A stretch of 64,000 nucleotides of DNA from the human T2T-CHM13v2.0 reference genome, Homo sapiens. The stretch lies in assembly GCF_009914755.1 (NCBI RefSeq), contig NC_060925.1; one strand, written 5' to 3'. The notes under the pieces were generated by a model. The model searched no databases. It saw only the letters and a program-made list of their open reading frames with translations, and was not told the DNA's origin. How positions within the stretch are numbered: position 1 is the first letter of the stretch; every line of letters begins with the position of its first letter. The position numbers and the translations under genes are program-made. Shown here in pieces: positions 15,585 to 29,304 of this stretch.

Positions 15585-15830
15585 CTTGGTGGTTAATGAC
15601 TCAGACTCTGGAGAGTTTAGAAAAGCCTGCTAGTTTAGAATTCTGGACCTACACTTGCTAGCTGGTAGTCTCAACCAACATACTTAAATACTAAGCTGCA
15701 GTTCTCTCATCTGTAAGAAGGGAATAATAGCAGTACCTACTTCATAGCATTGTAACGAAGATTAAACAAGAAATGCATGTAAAGTACTTTAAGCAGTGCC
15801 TGGGACAAATCTCTCAATACATATTAACTA
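15585..15830 (+). mobile_element. MIR SINE
   Basis: gactctggag...ctcatctgtaagaagggaataatagcagtacctacttcatag...gcagtgcctgg. Confidence 0.85.
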
Positions 15831-15836
15831 TGGTGA

Positions 15837-15908
15837 CATGTTGGTGATGATGGTGATGGTAGTGGTGGTGGCAGTGATGGTGATGGTAATGATGATAATG
15901 ATATGATA
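15837..15908. repeat. (TGG/TGA)n low-complexity trinucleotide tract
   Basis: ggtgatgatggtgatggtagtggtggtggcagtgatggtgatggtaatgatgataatg. Confidence 0.8.
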
Positions 15909-18142
15909 AATATTGGGCTTTGATATCACTATTATTCTGATCACAATAATTTATAATGCATAGTAAGCTATCCTTTCCATGTGGTCTTTGAATTCTAGCA
16001 GGAATTAACATCTTGAACACTAGATATCCAACAATAAATTACTAGATATTATCACTGAATTCAGGCAAATTATCTTTGGAGGGATTATAGGAGTTGCCCA
16101 AAATCACACAATGAATGTCATTTCCAGCTCTAATGTCTGCCCCATGCACTCATAGGTTTGCAGATTAAGGAAATGACTCTCCCTTTAGGATCATGAGTAA
16201 ATCCAACAGGAAGAATTTGCCAGGCAATGCAATTCGGGACCTTGTACACTCCAGCAATCAGGCCAGCATTTTCTAAACTTTTGCCCCATAGAAGCCAAGA
16301 TGTGTCTTCTCCTCAGCTCACTGATTGCTAGCCCAGGATAGAATCTACTCCCTTGGGATGCCCTGGCCCCAGGAATGTAAGTTTGGATTGTCCCTGCCAC
16401 CGCAACTGGCCTCCTTTCACAGTCGATTACACCCCCATTAATTGTGGTTGTTAATAATCTGCAAAGCACCTTCCGCTGGCAGTGTCGAGCGCTGTGGGGA
16501 AGGAAAGCCACGTCTGGCATTATTTAATTGACCTCCCCATTAGCAGCGCTGGCTACTATGGCCATGGAGCCAGATCATGCAGACTAAATGCCGGTCCCTG
16601 AGCACAGCTCACGTCAATCAGAATCAACTCATGAAAGGGTGCTCTGCGGAGCTGCACAGGGTGTGAAAAGTCAGCTAAGCCAAAGAGGGGGTCTGATGGT
16701 GATGTGTGAACTTGACGTCCAGCCTGCAGAGGGGTGGCCGTCTTGTTCCTCTGTCACTGGATGACCTTTAGGGAGGACAGAAATAAAGCAGGGGTGACAA
16801 ATAAAAAGTGAAGCCTAAATCACTGCCCTTGGGGTGCCAGGCCTGACACCCAGTGAGGCTGCAGAGAAGAGACCATGAGCTATGGCTTTACTTCCTCTAG
16901 CTGGCCTCCCTGGTCACTGCCACTGCTATGCTGCTTATCTCCACACCGACAACTCTAATTTCATCAGCCCAAAGAGAAGCCCAAAGGGGCTCTTGAAGGA
17001 TGTCACTCTAGATGTCACATTGGACAACAATGTCCAAACACCCACTGAACCTCAGAACTGAAAGGACCTTGAAAGAATCTGACATTAGAAACACAAACTC
17101 AAGAGTAGGATATTAAAGCCTTGGGGCCACTGGCACCAATGCCAATGGGTCTCCCTGGCCCAAACTCCTACCCTCTTTTTCTTCTACTCTCTCTCTTTCT
17201 CTGCTTCTTCATTCTTTGTTTTTGTCTCATTTTTTCTCCTGTGATGAATTGCACCACCTCCCCTGCACACACGTATTCATGCTATCATAAACCCATGAAA
17301 ATGTGATCCCTTGTATGCAGTTATGTTTATGCTGCACACCTGAAAGAGGATAGTAGTACAAATAATGCATCTGATTATGACTTAGAAAAATAAGAGCCTT
17401 TTCTCTGCCTTCCTGAAAAGAGCCTTCAATACTGACAACTCCCTTTGTGAGAAGAACAAAGATATCCCATGAGGTGGGTCTATGGGGAGCAAAGAGAACA
17501 GTTACAGACAATAGCGGAGGAGGAAAGTGATGAAACGAGGCTTCCCTGCAACCAGAGGAAGACAAGCTGAAGACCAAAACAGAGACAGATGACATGGAGT
17601 CTGGATGGGGAGCAAGCAGAGACCCACACAGATGGTGTTAGACTGAGGAAAAACTGTTGGGCCACCTCCAAGTTCGAAAGTGTCCTAGTAGTGCTTTCTA
17701 CCATTAATAGGTACCTTCTTCCTTAACAGGAATCATGAGTGTGGTTGCAGGCCAGATGATTGGCTAACAGTTTATGATGGTCTGACACCTTACAATCAAA
17801 AGGAGAGCAAGCTTTAAGGGAATAGTGGCTGGATTTGGGGTTTCAGGGGCTGAGATCATAAATTAAGTTCCTTTGCTCAATTATAAATCCAGGGAGGCAG
17901 CAGTTGACCAACAGTGAGCTGTTTTATTGTATTTGCACTTCGCCTATTACATTGATCTCTCTCATGCTCCCCACTACTGCCTGCACCACCAACCCCATCC
18001 ACACTCACATCTCTGTCTTCCTGGGTACTTTTTTGTCCAGGTGTGACTGCTACTTGTAGGTGCTGCAATGGCCAACAGTTCAGCTGAGTGGGAGAAGAGA
18101 GTATTGCAGAGGAAACTCCTAAGCCCTGAAGACCTGCCATGT

Positions 18143-18441
18143 GGCTAAGTGTGGTGGCTCACACCTGTAAGCCCAGCATTTTGGGAGGCCAAGGTGGGTG
18201 GATCACGAGGTCAAGAGATCGAGACCATCCTGGCCAACATGGTGAAACCCTGTCTCTACTGAAAATACAAAAATTAGCTGGGCATGGTGGTGCACTCCTG
18301 TAATCCCAGCTACTTGGAAGGCTGAGGCAGAAGAATCGCTTGAACTCAGGAAGCGAGGTGAAGGTTGCAGTAAGCTGAGATCACGCCACTGCACTCCAGC
18401 GTGGCAACAGAGCGAGAATCTGTCTCAAAAAAAAAAAAAAA
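18143..18441 (+). mobile_element. Alu SINE, AluSc-like
   Basis: gatcacgaggtcaagagatcgagaccatcctggcc; TSD aagacctgccatg. Confidence 0.95.
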
Positions 18442-18675
18442 AAGACCTGCCATGCACACAACCCTCCTGAGGAAAACTGACCCAGCTAGTGGGCAACTAG
18501 TCTCTTATCTGGCCAGCAGCCTGTCAGGTGGCCTGCCTGAAGTGCTTCACTCACCAGGAATGATAAGGCCAATTAAAGAATGAGACTCTGTCTCAGGGAG
18601 TTTGTATGTGAGCAATACAGAGACAAAGAAAAAGAGGAATAAAAAGAATAAGGAAAAGGGACTTTGAGTAACTCT

Positions 18676-18743
18676 AACAGGGAAACCGTAACGTAGGATG
18701 TACAACTTCAACAGGGAAACCGTAACGTAGGATGTACAACTTC
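18676..18743. repeat. Perfect 2 x 34-bp tandem duplication
   Basis: aacagggaaaccgtaacgtaggatgtacaacttc at 18676-18709 and again at 18710-18743. Confidence 0.97.
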
Positions 18744-19229
18744 TCCATCAAATCACCAGGCTTCTGTTGGACTATTAGAGCTACTTAGGGCCTGTACCCA
18801 GGCTGATTCCACTTCTGGGACATGTTTCCTTCATTTGCCTAGCAAATTTCAATCATTCCCAAAGCACATGTAACTTGAGAAATTATGAGGGCTGCAGGAG
18901 GGAACACCTAGAGAATACTCATGGAATATTGTCCAGGAAACGTGGCCGCAAATCAGCCAAGAGAAGTTTGGGAGGATAAAGAGAAGGCAATGCCTAATGT
19001 GAAGACAGCAGCCTAAAAAACTGTTTCAGTCCCTGCATGGTGGCACTTCATCCCAGCTATGCCAGAGAAGTCTTTGTCTTGACATACCTTCTCCCAAGGC
19101 CATGGCCTAGCCACTGGGTGGCCACCACAGTTGCAGAAATAGCTGAGCTCCAATCTAAACAAGCTTCAGTCTTGTTTTAAATCTTTTAAGAAAGTGGTTG
19201 ATCCAGTTTCAGACAAGAAAGAAATAACA

Positions 19230-19446
19230 GGCCAGGTATGGTGGCTCATGCCTGTAATCCCTAGAACATGGGAGTGGCCGAGGCGGGTAGATCCCTTGAG
19301 GTCAGGAGTTTGAGACCAGCCTGACCAACAAGGTGAAACCCTGTCTCTACTAAAAACACAAAAATTAGCCGGGATTGCAGTGAGATGAGATTGTGCCACT
19401 CCACTCCAGCCTGGGCGACAGAACTAGACTCTGTCAAAAAAAAAAA
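19230..19446 (+). mobile_element. AluS with a large internal deletion in the right monomer
   Basis: attagccggg is joined almost directly to ttgcagtgag. Confidence 0.9.
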
Positions 19447-19501
19447 GGAAAAGAAAGAGAGAGAGAAAGAAGAAAGAAAGAAAGAAAAAGAAAGAAAGGA
19501 A

Positions 19502-19541
<40 letters not shown>

Positions 19542-19708
19542 AGGAAGGAAAGAAAGAGAAAGAAAGGAGGAGAAAACGGCGACAGAACAAGACTCTGTCA
19601 AAAAAAAAGGAAAATAAAGAGAGAGAGAAAGAAAGAAAGAAAGAAAAAGAAAGAAAGGAAAAGAAAGAAAGAAGGAAAGAAAGAGAAAGAAAGAAAGGAG
19701 GAGAAAAC
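19436..19708. repeat. GA-rich/(GAAA)n tract, tandemly duplicated together with the Alu 3' end
   Basis: (gaaa)n arrays; a second copy of ggcgacagaac.agactctgtc starts at 19578. Confidence 0.9.
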
Positions 19709-20335
19709 GTAGATGAAACAGTTAATTAACAATTTATTGCTTGAACTCTACCTTGAGAGATACAGTGCTGGGATGGAAATATTATGGGTTATATCGTCAC
19801 ACAAACCTGATGCTAAACCTATCCTGGGCAACTTACTGATGTAAAGCAGTGGATATGTATTTTAACTTACCTGAGCCTGATTGCCTCAAGTAAAATATAT
19901 ACATATATATGAATTCATATATATATATGAATACCAGCCTCATAGATGGTAAGTAATAAACATGATAACCTGTAGAAAACCTTAAGCATATCTGGTTGTA
20001 AATAAATGTTAGTTTTATGTGCTAATACATTGAGCTATGAAAATATGTCCCTGCCACCTTCTATTTCCTCATTCCCATTCCATATTCCCACAGGTAATTG
20101 TCCTTGAGTTTCTTCATTCAATGATTATTTATTGAGACTCTACTCCATGGCAGGTGCCATTCGAGATGTTGGGAATGTTGTAGTGTATTATATATATATA
20201 CACACATTATTGCCTCAGAGGAGAGGCACTAAAGACTGGGAAATACAACCAGCCTTCAAGAGAAAAACACACAAACAAAAAGCATCACGGCTTTTGCTTT
20301 CAAAAGCCTAAGCCACTGTTAAGATAAAGGATTTG

Positions 20336-20511
20336 AAATGGACATCGGAGACTCAGAAGCAGGAAGTGTGGCAGTGGGGTGAGGGATAAAAAACTACATA
20401 CTGGGTACAAAGTATAGTACTCAAGTGACGGGTGCACTACAACTTTAGACTTCACCCCTGTACAATTCATCCGTGTAACCAAAGACCACTTGTACCCTTA
20501 AAGCTATTGAA

Positions 20512-20512
<1 letters not shown>
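20336..20512 (+). mobile_element. L1PB-type LINE 3' UTR (severely 5'-truncated insertion)
   Basis: ggggtgagggataaaaaactacatactgggtac...gtaaccaaagaccacttgtaccc...gctattgaaat; TSD agataa(a/g)ggatttg at 20322-20335 / 20590-20603. Confidence 0.88.
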
Positions 20513-20583
<71 letters not shown>

Positions 20584-20592
20584 GTAGATAGA
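20513..20592. repeat. Compound tetranucleotide STR [TAGA]14[CAGA]3 CAGG [TAGA]2
   Basis: Counted directly from the sequence. Confidence 0.95.
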
Positions 20593-21060
20593 TAAGGGAT
20601 TTGGGTCTAGACACAATGCCCTGGTAGAAACAGTAGGGTAAGCATGGCTTCCAGGCTAAAAAGATACTGTGAAGGCAAGAAACTGAGAAGACAGAGATGC
20701 TTGGGGAGTCTGTGCTGTCTTCCTTGTTCCTGGGAGTCAGCAGAACTCCAGAGGTACACAGCTATGTGGTTCATGTGGGACAGTTTTCCAACTGGCCACC
20801 TGCATCTATGTTTTGTTTGGACTTCAGGGTTGGTCTATGCTTCAAAAAATAATCATGGCCTGAAACATTTAAGAAGTAATTGAGTCCCCCTCTTATTTTA
20901 TCAATGAGGAGCTCAAGGCTGACAAAAGTGAAGTGACTTACCCAATTCACAGAGTAAGATAGTGGTCATTGTGTGTGTAGACATTGACTGTGCTGATCAT
21001 GAGAGCCAGGCTCAGAAAGATGGTCTAACTCTGTGCCTAAAAACCATCCAGTAAATAAAG

Positions 21061-21545
<485 letters not shown>

Positions 21546-22929
21546 TAGGCCTCTCCAGTGCTAATTGGTATGGAAGCCCACAGCCTCTGAGATGTAATGA
21601 GGTGTTATCAGTTCCATAAAATCCTTGGCTAGTGCAGCTCCCTTCCATAGGTGTAGGCTGAACCTCTTCAGATGAGTTATGGTGTGTATTTGCATAAATT
21701 ACCATGTGAAACTTGTTAATATTTCCTAGATATCCTTTTTCGTTGCTCCATTAGACAAGGCTTTGCGCTTTTGTTTGGGGCTGAATGTCAGCCAATCCGG
21801 ATCCACCACTGCTGTGGCATAGAACTTGAGGTGGAAATTTATTCCCCTCATAGAGCCATGGTGTCACCTCCCTGTCCTGGGAAATGCTATCTGAAATCAC
21901 TTGAATTTTATCATGCAAATTATAGGAAGTGTTATCATTATAAGCAGCAGGAGGTTACTGGTTTGCTATCATTTACGTGTTAAATGAGTTCAACCTGCTA
22001 GTATAGGGGATGAGTTTGGAAAGAAGAAATGAAGGGACAATGAGGGGAAGGATTCCATCAGGGGTTGAGGCCCCCAGAGCTTTGTGCCTCCAGTAAAGTG
22101 AGGCTTCAAAAAGATGCTTGGATTTGTTTGATAGAAAAAGGCTCAAAAACAGCTTGCTTTTTGGAGGAGAGGCATACGAGAGAAGAGAAAGCACACGACT
22201 TAGCCACCTTATGATGATGCCAAGAGAAAGTTATACCTGGATGAATTGTTCAAACGGGAACTGGAATGTGAGAATTTTGGCTTCAGAAGAGTTTGAAGAT
22301 GTCAGGACCTTGAGATAATCAAGCGTAACCACTTTATTTCACAGTTAAGGAGACTGAGGCCAGGAGAAGAGAAGTCACATATTCAAAATCGAGTCAGTAA
22401 TTTGAAAGTAAAAACTAGCCCCCTATTGCCCAATTCTGCATTGTTCTATGCCCTCTTGCTTTTTGTCTCTCCATAACTTTTGAAATCACCAACACAGACA
22501 GCATTTAGAGCTCCTGTATTTACCCTGGTTCCTAGGGTGCCTATTACCTACCACACGTCTCTAGACCATTTCTGTTCTTTTTCTTGAACCCAAACTCCCT
22601 TGCCTTCGTTCTCTTGTATCTATACTACAACACTGAATGAAAGTGAAAATGTCCTTCCCTCTAAGACATGTGATCCACTCACCCCATCCACAGATTATTT
22701 AGCCCTCCCAGTTGTCTCTCCTCTGGGCTCTTTTCTGTTTACCCCTTTCCATCTGCCCATCTCCATCTCTTTACGGACTTCTAGAGTCCAAAATAGTATA
22801 TTTAGATGGCTCACCATTCTGCAATGCAATCTAGGTTAGGAAGTACTGCACTGAGCATTCCTGCATGAATATATTATCTTCCCAAGGATAATTGCAAATA
22901 AAAGCAAGTGTAAAGAAAACCATTATGCT

Positions 22930-23227
22930 GGTTGGGCACAGTGGCTCATGCCTGTAACCCCAGCACTTTGGGAGGCTGAGGCAAGCAGATCACCTGAGGT
23001 CAGGAGTTTGAGATCATCCTGGCCAACATGGTGAAACCTCGTTTCTACTAAAAAAAAAAAAAAAAAAAAATTGTCAGGAGTGGTGGTCAGCACCTGTAGT
23101 CCCAGCTACTTGGGAGGCTGAGGTGGAGAACTGCTTGAACCCAGGAGGCAGAAGTTGCAGTGAGCCAGGATCATGCTACTGCACTCCAGCCTGGGTGAAA
23201 GAGCTAGACACTGTCTCAAAAAAAAAA
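22930..23227 (+). mobile_element. Alu SINE, AluS-like, with the middle A tract expanded to pure poly-A
   Basis: Full Alu; TSD aaagaaaaccat(t/g)atgct. Confidence 0.95.
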
Positions 23228-24361
23228 AAAGAAAACCATGATGCTTTAACCTTTGATATTGAAATTTCAACTACAATTATAGCAGGCATATTAGAAATAT
23301 CTCCAGGAAAAACTGCTTCTTAATGAATTCCCTCTGGCCACTTTGGCAAAGAAAGTAGAATTTATTTTCTATTCACACAGTTCTGTGTGTCTTCTCGAAG
23401 ATGATTGAACAGCATAGAGTCCTATCATGGGGGAGTGGAGAGAAGAAAACATAGTAGAAGAAGGCACAGAAATTGTAGAAAACAATATGGATAAAAAATA
23501 AGTTGCAAGATACTCAAGCAAGTGAACATAGGAAGGCAGGAGAAGTTTAATCATGGAGTTTGGAGTAGAAGCATAGAGAGGACTGGTAGGAAAATGACCA
23601 GGACAATCAGTAATCTGAGAGTCAGAATAGCTAGAATCTCATTCCTGTTTAGCCACAATTATCCATTCGAACTTGGGTAATCCATTAGATTACCTCTGTG
23701 TCCTGTTCTATTAAAGTAAAAATGTCGAATGATCTCTATCATTGTATGATTCTCAATGACTTTATATCCCCAGGAGTCATTGGCAACAGTCCTGTACTAA
23801 CACAAGGATTTCTGGAAGAGACATAGCTCCTGCAGTGGCTAAAGATTTCAGGAAACTGGCCAAAATGAGGAGAGGATCATTAATAACCAACAGCAGGCAG
23901 GGCAGTGCTGGGTAGTCAGATGGCAGGAACAGAGAGAGAAAGCATGTGCTGTTTTCATAGCTCAGCCTCTCTCAGAGTGATCCATGTCTTTGCCCAAGAA
24001 AAGCAAGGATGTCACCTTCTGCCTGCCCAGCAAGGTGATAGAGCACATGGGAACAGGATTCACCAAAGGCCTAAATTACAGTGATCAAGGTCCATCTGAA
24101 CCGGACCAATTACCCCAATCCCCCAAGACTGTCATTTCTTATTATTAGCTTTAATAATAGTGATCAGAATTTTTCTTTAGATAGTACCATTTCTTGTCCT
24201 CCTGAAGAATTGTGAGCCCAGTTGGCAGATGGAAAAGGAATACTTATTTGGTGACTGCAAGGCCATGGGAGGAGGTAGTAGAATTAGAAAGGGGGATGTT
24301 GATAAGAGAAATAAGACCTCTTTTCATCCTAGACCTGTAGAATACTTCTAACTCCAGTTTA

Positions 24362-24710
<349 letters not shown>

Positions 24711-27342
24711 AATAATGAGATCCACAAAAGATCTGAAAGGCCTTTATCTCCAACCTAGCTCCATTTGTGACTTTATCATAATGGAGGAACGGGAAAATCT
24801 TTCTTTTAGTTATAAGCAGGGAAAATCAAATTGCAACAGTATTTTTCTTGGAAGCCTTAATATTTATTATTAACTAAGCCTTGCAAATACAAGTCAAGAG
24901 TTCCTGAGAATAAAACATTCATCTGAATCTAACTTGTTGAGTGGTAAGAAACTATGTATTAATCCCACTTAAGAAGCCAGTGGGCTGATTCTTCCCTGTC
25001 GGTGTCCAAACCCTGAAGTGTTTTGATAGTTCCAAAAGCTGCATACATTCAGGTACCACTCTGATTCCTTGTTCCTCAAATTTCCTGTCGACCATTTGGT
25101 TCAGGAAGTGTAATCCCCAGACCTAGATGAGAGGCGTTATATGTCTACAAGGCATCCAGCTGGGTTTTTGGGATATAACATATTTAATTAGTGGATAAAC
25201 ATCACTCACAGTAAAGGAGGTGGGACAGATGGAGTTCTTTACCTCCCAACATCTTCTTGGCCAGACAGACAGAAGGGAGGAACCACTCTGTAGCAGTAGG
25301 GAGCCCATGGAAGCTGGCCTGCAAATGGACCTTGGTGCTTTGTTTCTGTGATTCTCTCCATGCACAGGAGGCATCCGTGCCTGGTAGCCAGTCCCCTGGC
25401 TGCCATGTCTGACAGTATCTCAGACACACATCCTGAGCATGGGCTGTCCCTGGAGAAGCTTCAGTGCTTAATCCTGTCACTGTGAATCATCCATGCACAG
25501 CCAGGCTACAGGCAGACCCGATGTTCTCAGGGAATGGCTGTCAGTCATCAGTAATCCTACAGCCTGCAAGATTGCATACTGAACCAGCATGCAGATGGAC
25601 TTGCGCAGACATGGGAGAGGATGCAGGCTATGAAGGGCTCAGCCAGCACAGCCAATGTGAGAATCCGACGCCCTTTGAGGAGTTTCAGTTGGAAATGATT
25701 TCTAGGATGATGTCCTTCCAGGCAGTTTGCTACTGTCATGCTTGGAAGAGGTCACCTCCATCGTCTCTGAGACATAACCTGTTATGGTTGAGCAGGCTAT
25801 CACTTTGGGGAAAATATCTAGTGGCTCCTTAAGCGAGTCAGTCATTCATCCATCCATTTATCTTCCCCGTAACCTTTAGTGAGCAACTGTTACATGCATA
25901 GCACAGACCATATAAAGTTGAGCTTGGAATGATGCATCTCATGAAAGATCAGATTTAATACTCTGGGCTGCCAAAATAAAGAGACTATTGCTCAGGGTCT
26001 GAGTAGCTGTTCCACAGCTATCACTCAGTTCTCTCTTTTCCCTGGCCCAGTCCCTCCCTACAAATACCTTCCTCCTTGAAAAATGGGAGACATAAATTTA
26101 ACCACTATTCCTTAAAATATGCTATTTTCCTGATATGCTCAGAAGTAGAATACCTTAAATGTCCCAACACACTTGTGGGTATATGCCACGATGTTACTAG
26201 CACCATTTGTAGATAATGTGTCTGAAAGTGAATGAGCTTAAACAATAGCAAATCCCCTTCTGATGCTCTGCTTCTCGTGCTTCAGGGTCCAGCACTGGAG
26301 TCCTCTTTCCACTTTGGTGTGACTGTAGGTCTTGCCTGCTGCCTGTTTGTCCTTTGCAAAAGCCTCCTAAACTCTTCAACTGGATGAGTCACATGCTTGG
26401 CTGGCCAAGGGTCCCTAGGGAGCAGCCTGGGCGGCTGGGAACTATGTTCCCTATCACAAAATAGCATGCACCTAGAGAGGGGAACTAAAGGCACCTGAGA
26501 AAGTTCCTAATGTCCTCTAACAGAGAACATGAATCAAAGGTTGTTTGCAGTTTCTTCATAGGAAATTGTCTTCTGGCAACTAGATGTCTTGAACTTATCA
26601 GGTGACATTGAGAAGGGACACGAAAGTGACTCCAAATAGCTCACCATGAAACACATATTCTGAAAGCTGTCTAGGAGATATAATTTCTCAAGATTATCAT
26701 GTCTGTTTTTCTTCTCTCTGTCACATTTGATTCGAGATAGAGGGCATTTATGATGGACTAACCTTTTGGTCTCCTAGGATTTGTGTATGACATTTGACTG
26801 AAAGGTATACATATTTTTCCACAGCCGTGAACTTTTCACCAGGTTTGGTCCCTGGCAGGATGGTGAAGTAGGTAAAATTTGCTTCAGGGCGCTTCATCTG
26901 CATTTTGCTGATTTTGCTTTTCAGGTTTCTTGCATTTCTTTCCCAATTCCTTTTCTCAGCCCACCGGTAGTAATCTCACCATCTCCCACCCTTGCTTCCT
27001 CATCCTGACCCATAAACACATTCCTAGGTCTTTACAAGTAGGTTAGGAGATTGTATAATATGGGATCCAGAGGTTGCCTAAGACAGTGTCTGCAAAGGTG
27101 AACTTCCCCTAGATGGGAAGGATGAACCTGGGTGCTAAGAAGGTGCTGGGGGAGTTTCCCCATGTCTCCTCCCTACCCTGCACCCTATTGCCAAGTCTAA
27201 CACAGGCTTAGGTATAAGCTGGTTATGCCCTCCAATTCCAAGAGCTGCATGAAAACATCTGTGGATATATTCCCTCTCGTCAGATATTCCAAAACCAAAA
27301 CTATGCTAGGACAACACAGTGGTTTTTTGTTATTGCCTATGA

Positions 27343-27708
<366 letters not shown>

Positions 27709-27919
27709 TAGGACAGACTTTCTTAACCTATACTGTTGAATTTTCAGACGCCAACATTTCTAAGGAATGTGGAAAAGGGGAATAAGAGGCAAGGAAATGC
27801 TGAAAGGATTGGGGAGTAATATTCCCAAGGAAAGATTAAAAGGTTTGTCCTAAACAAGGAATTCCTGAAGGGCTTAATGATGAGCTTTAAATAAATGAAG
27901 GCATATTATGCATAGAAAT

Positions 27920-28205
27920 GACCATCTGCTCCTCATTTCTCCCTCATCTGAAATCCTACAGCACATATTGTCTGTAACATTCTTTCAGCCATTCATCATC
28001 TCCCGCTTCATGACATGTCTTCTATTGTTGCTTTGAAAAGCCATTTAACTTTATCAAGTTAAACTTTATCACGAGCTTCTCTGTCTTATTCCCAATTAAG
28101 ACCATTACTCCTTGAGGGCAGGGACCAGTTCCTATTATTCTTTCTATCTCTTTCAGTTCTGAGCACTAGACTTTACACATAGTAGATACTCAAAAATCAC
28201 AATAA
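27920..28205 (+). mobile_element. L2 LINE 3' fragment
   Basis: ctccttgagggcagggacc...cacatagtagatactcaaaaat. Confidence 0.7.
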
Positions 28206-28442
28206 ATAGGATTTTTTATTTGGCAATTGATACTAGGAAAAATAAGATCACCTCTGCTATCAGGGAATCTAAGTTAGACGGAAGAACATAAAACTGATTG
28301 GAAAGGGTCCAGGAGGCAGTATGACAAAGGAGAAAGAGAGTACCCTGAGGAGTGGAGTATTTCGGTACTTTGTAAACCTGAGCATACATACAAAATTACC
28401 ACTTTTCAGCTGCATTATCTTAGTCAAAATAAAATTTAACTT

Positions 28443-28744
28443 TTTTTTTTTTTTTTTTTGAGACAGGGTCTCACTCTGTGTTCAGGCTGGAGTGCAGTGG
28501 CACAATCTCGGCTCACTGAAACCTCTGCTTCCCAGGTTCAAGTGATTCTCCCACCTCAGCCTCCCAGAGTAGCTGGGACTACAGGCACACATCACTGTGC
28601 CTGCCTAATTTTTGTATTTTTCGTAGAGATGTGGTGGTTTTGCCATATTGCCCAGGCTGGTCTCGAACTCCTGGCTTCAATTGATCCATCTTCATCAGCC
28701 TCCCAAAGAGCTGAGATTACAGGCGTGAGCCACTGTGCCTGGCC
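28443..28744 (-). mobile_element. Alu SINE, AluJ-like
   Basis: acagggtctcactctg, ttgcccaggctggtctcgaactcctgg; TSD taaaatttaactt. Confidence 0.93.
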
Positions 28745-28759
28745 TAAAATTTAACTTCT

Positions 28760-29085
<326 letters not shown>

Positions 29086-29304
29086 TAAAATTTAACTTCT
29101 CAACCTCAATTTCCTGACTGAAAAAATTGAGATAATAATGACTACTATGCATAACTGCTTAGAGACTAAATAAGGTGAATATGTGCAAAGCACCTGCTCA
29201 CAGTAGCCATGTAGTCACATGGACTTTGGAGTCAGCAGCTTATATTTGAATCATGGTTTTGTCCCTTACAGACTGTGGGACTTTGATGAAGTTAGTTTAT
29301 ACTA

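Noticed and set aside
15814-16020. His-rich ORF on the minus strand
   Set aside because: It is a translation of the (TGG/TGA)n low-complexity tract next to a MIR.
17488-17575. Purine-rich stretch reading QREQLQTIAEEESDETRLP as a possible coding exon
   Set aside because: It is closed by a stop codon, has no convincing splice sites, and matches no protein I recognise.
18676-18743. 34-bp direct repeat as a CRISPR-like array
   Set aside because: There are only two adjacent copies with no spacer, in a primate genomic context.
19261-19729. K/E/R-rich and F/S/L-rich ORFs of 74-114 aa
   Set aside because: They are translations of the GA-rich repeat, which lacks stop codons, so they are not genes.
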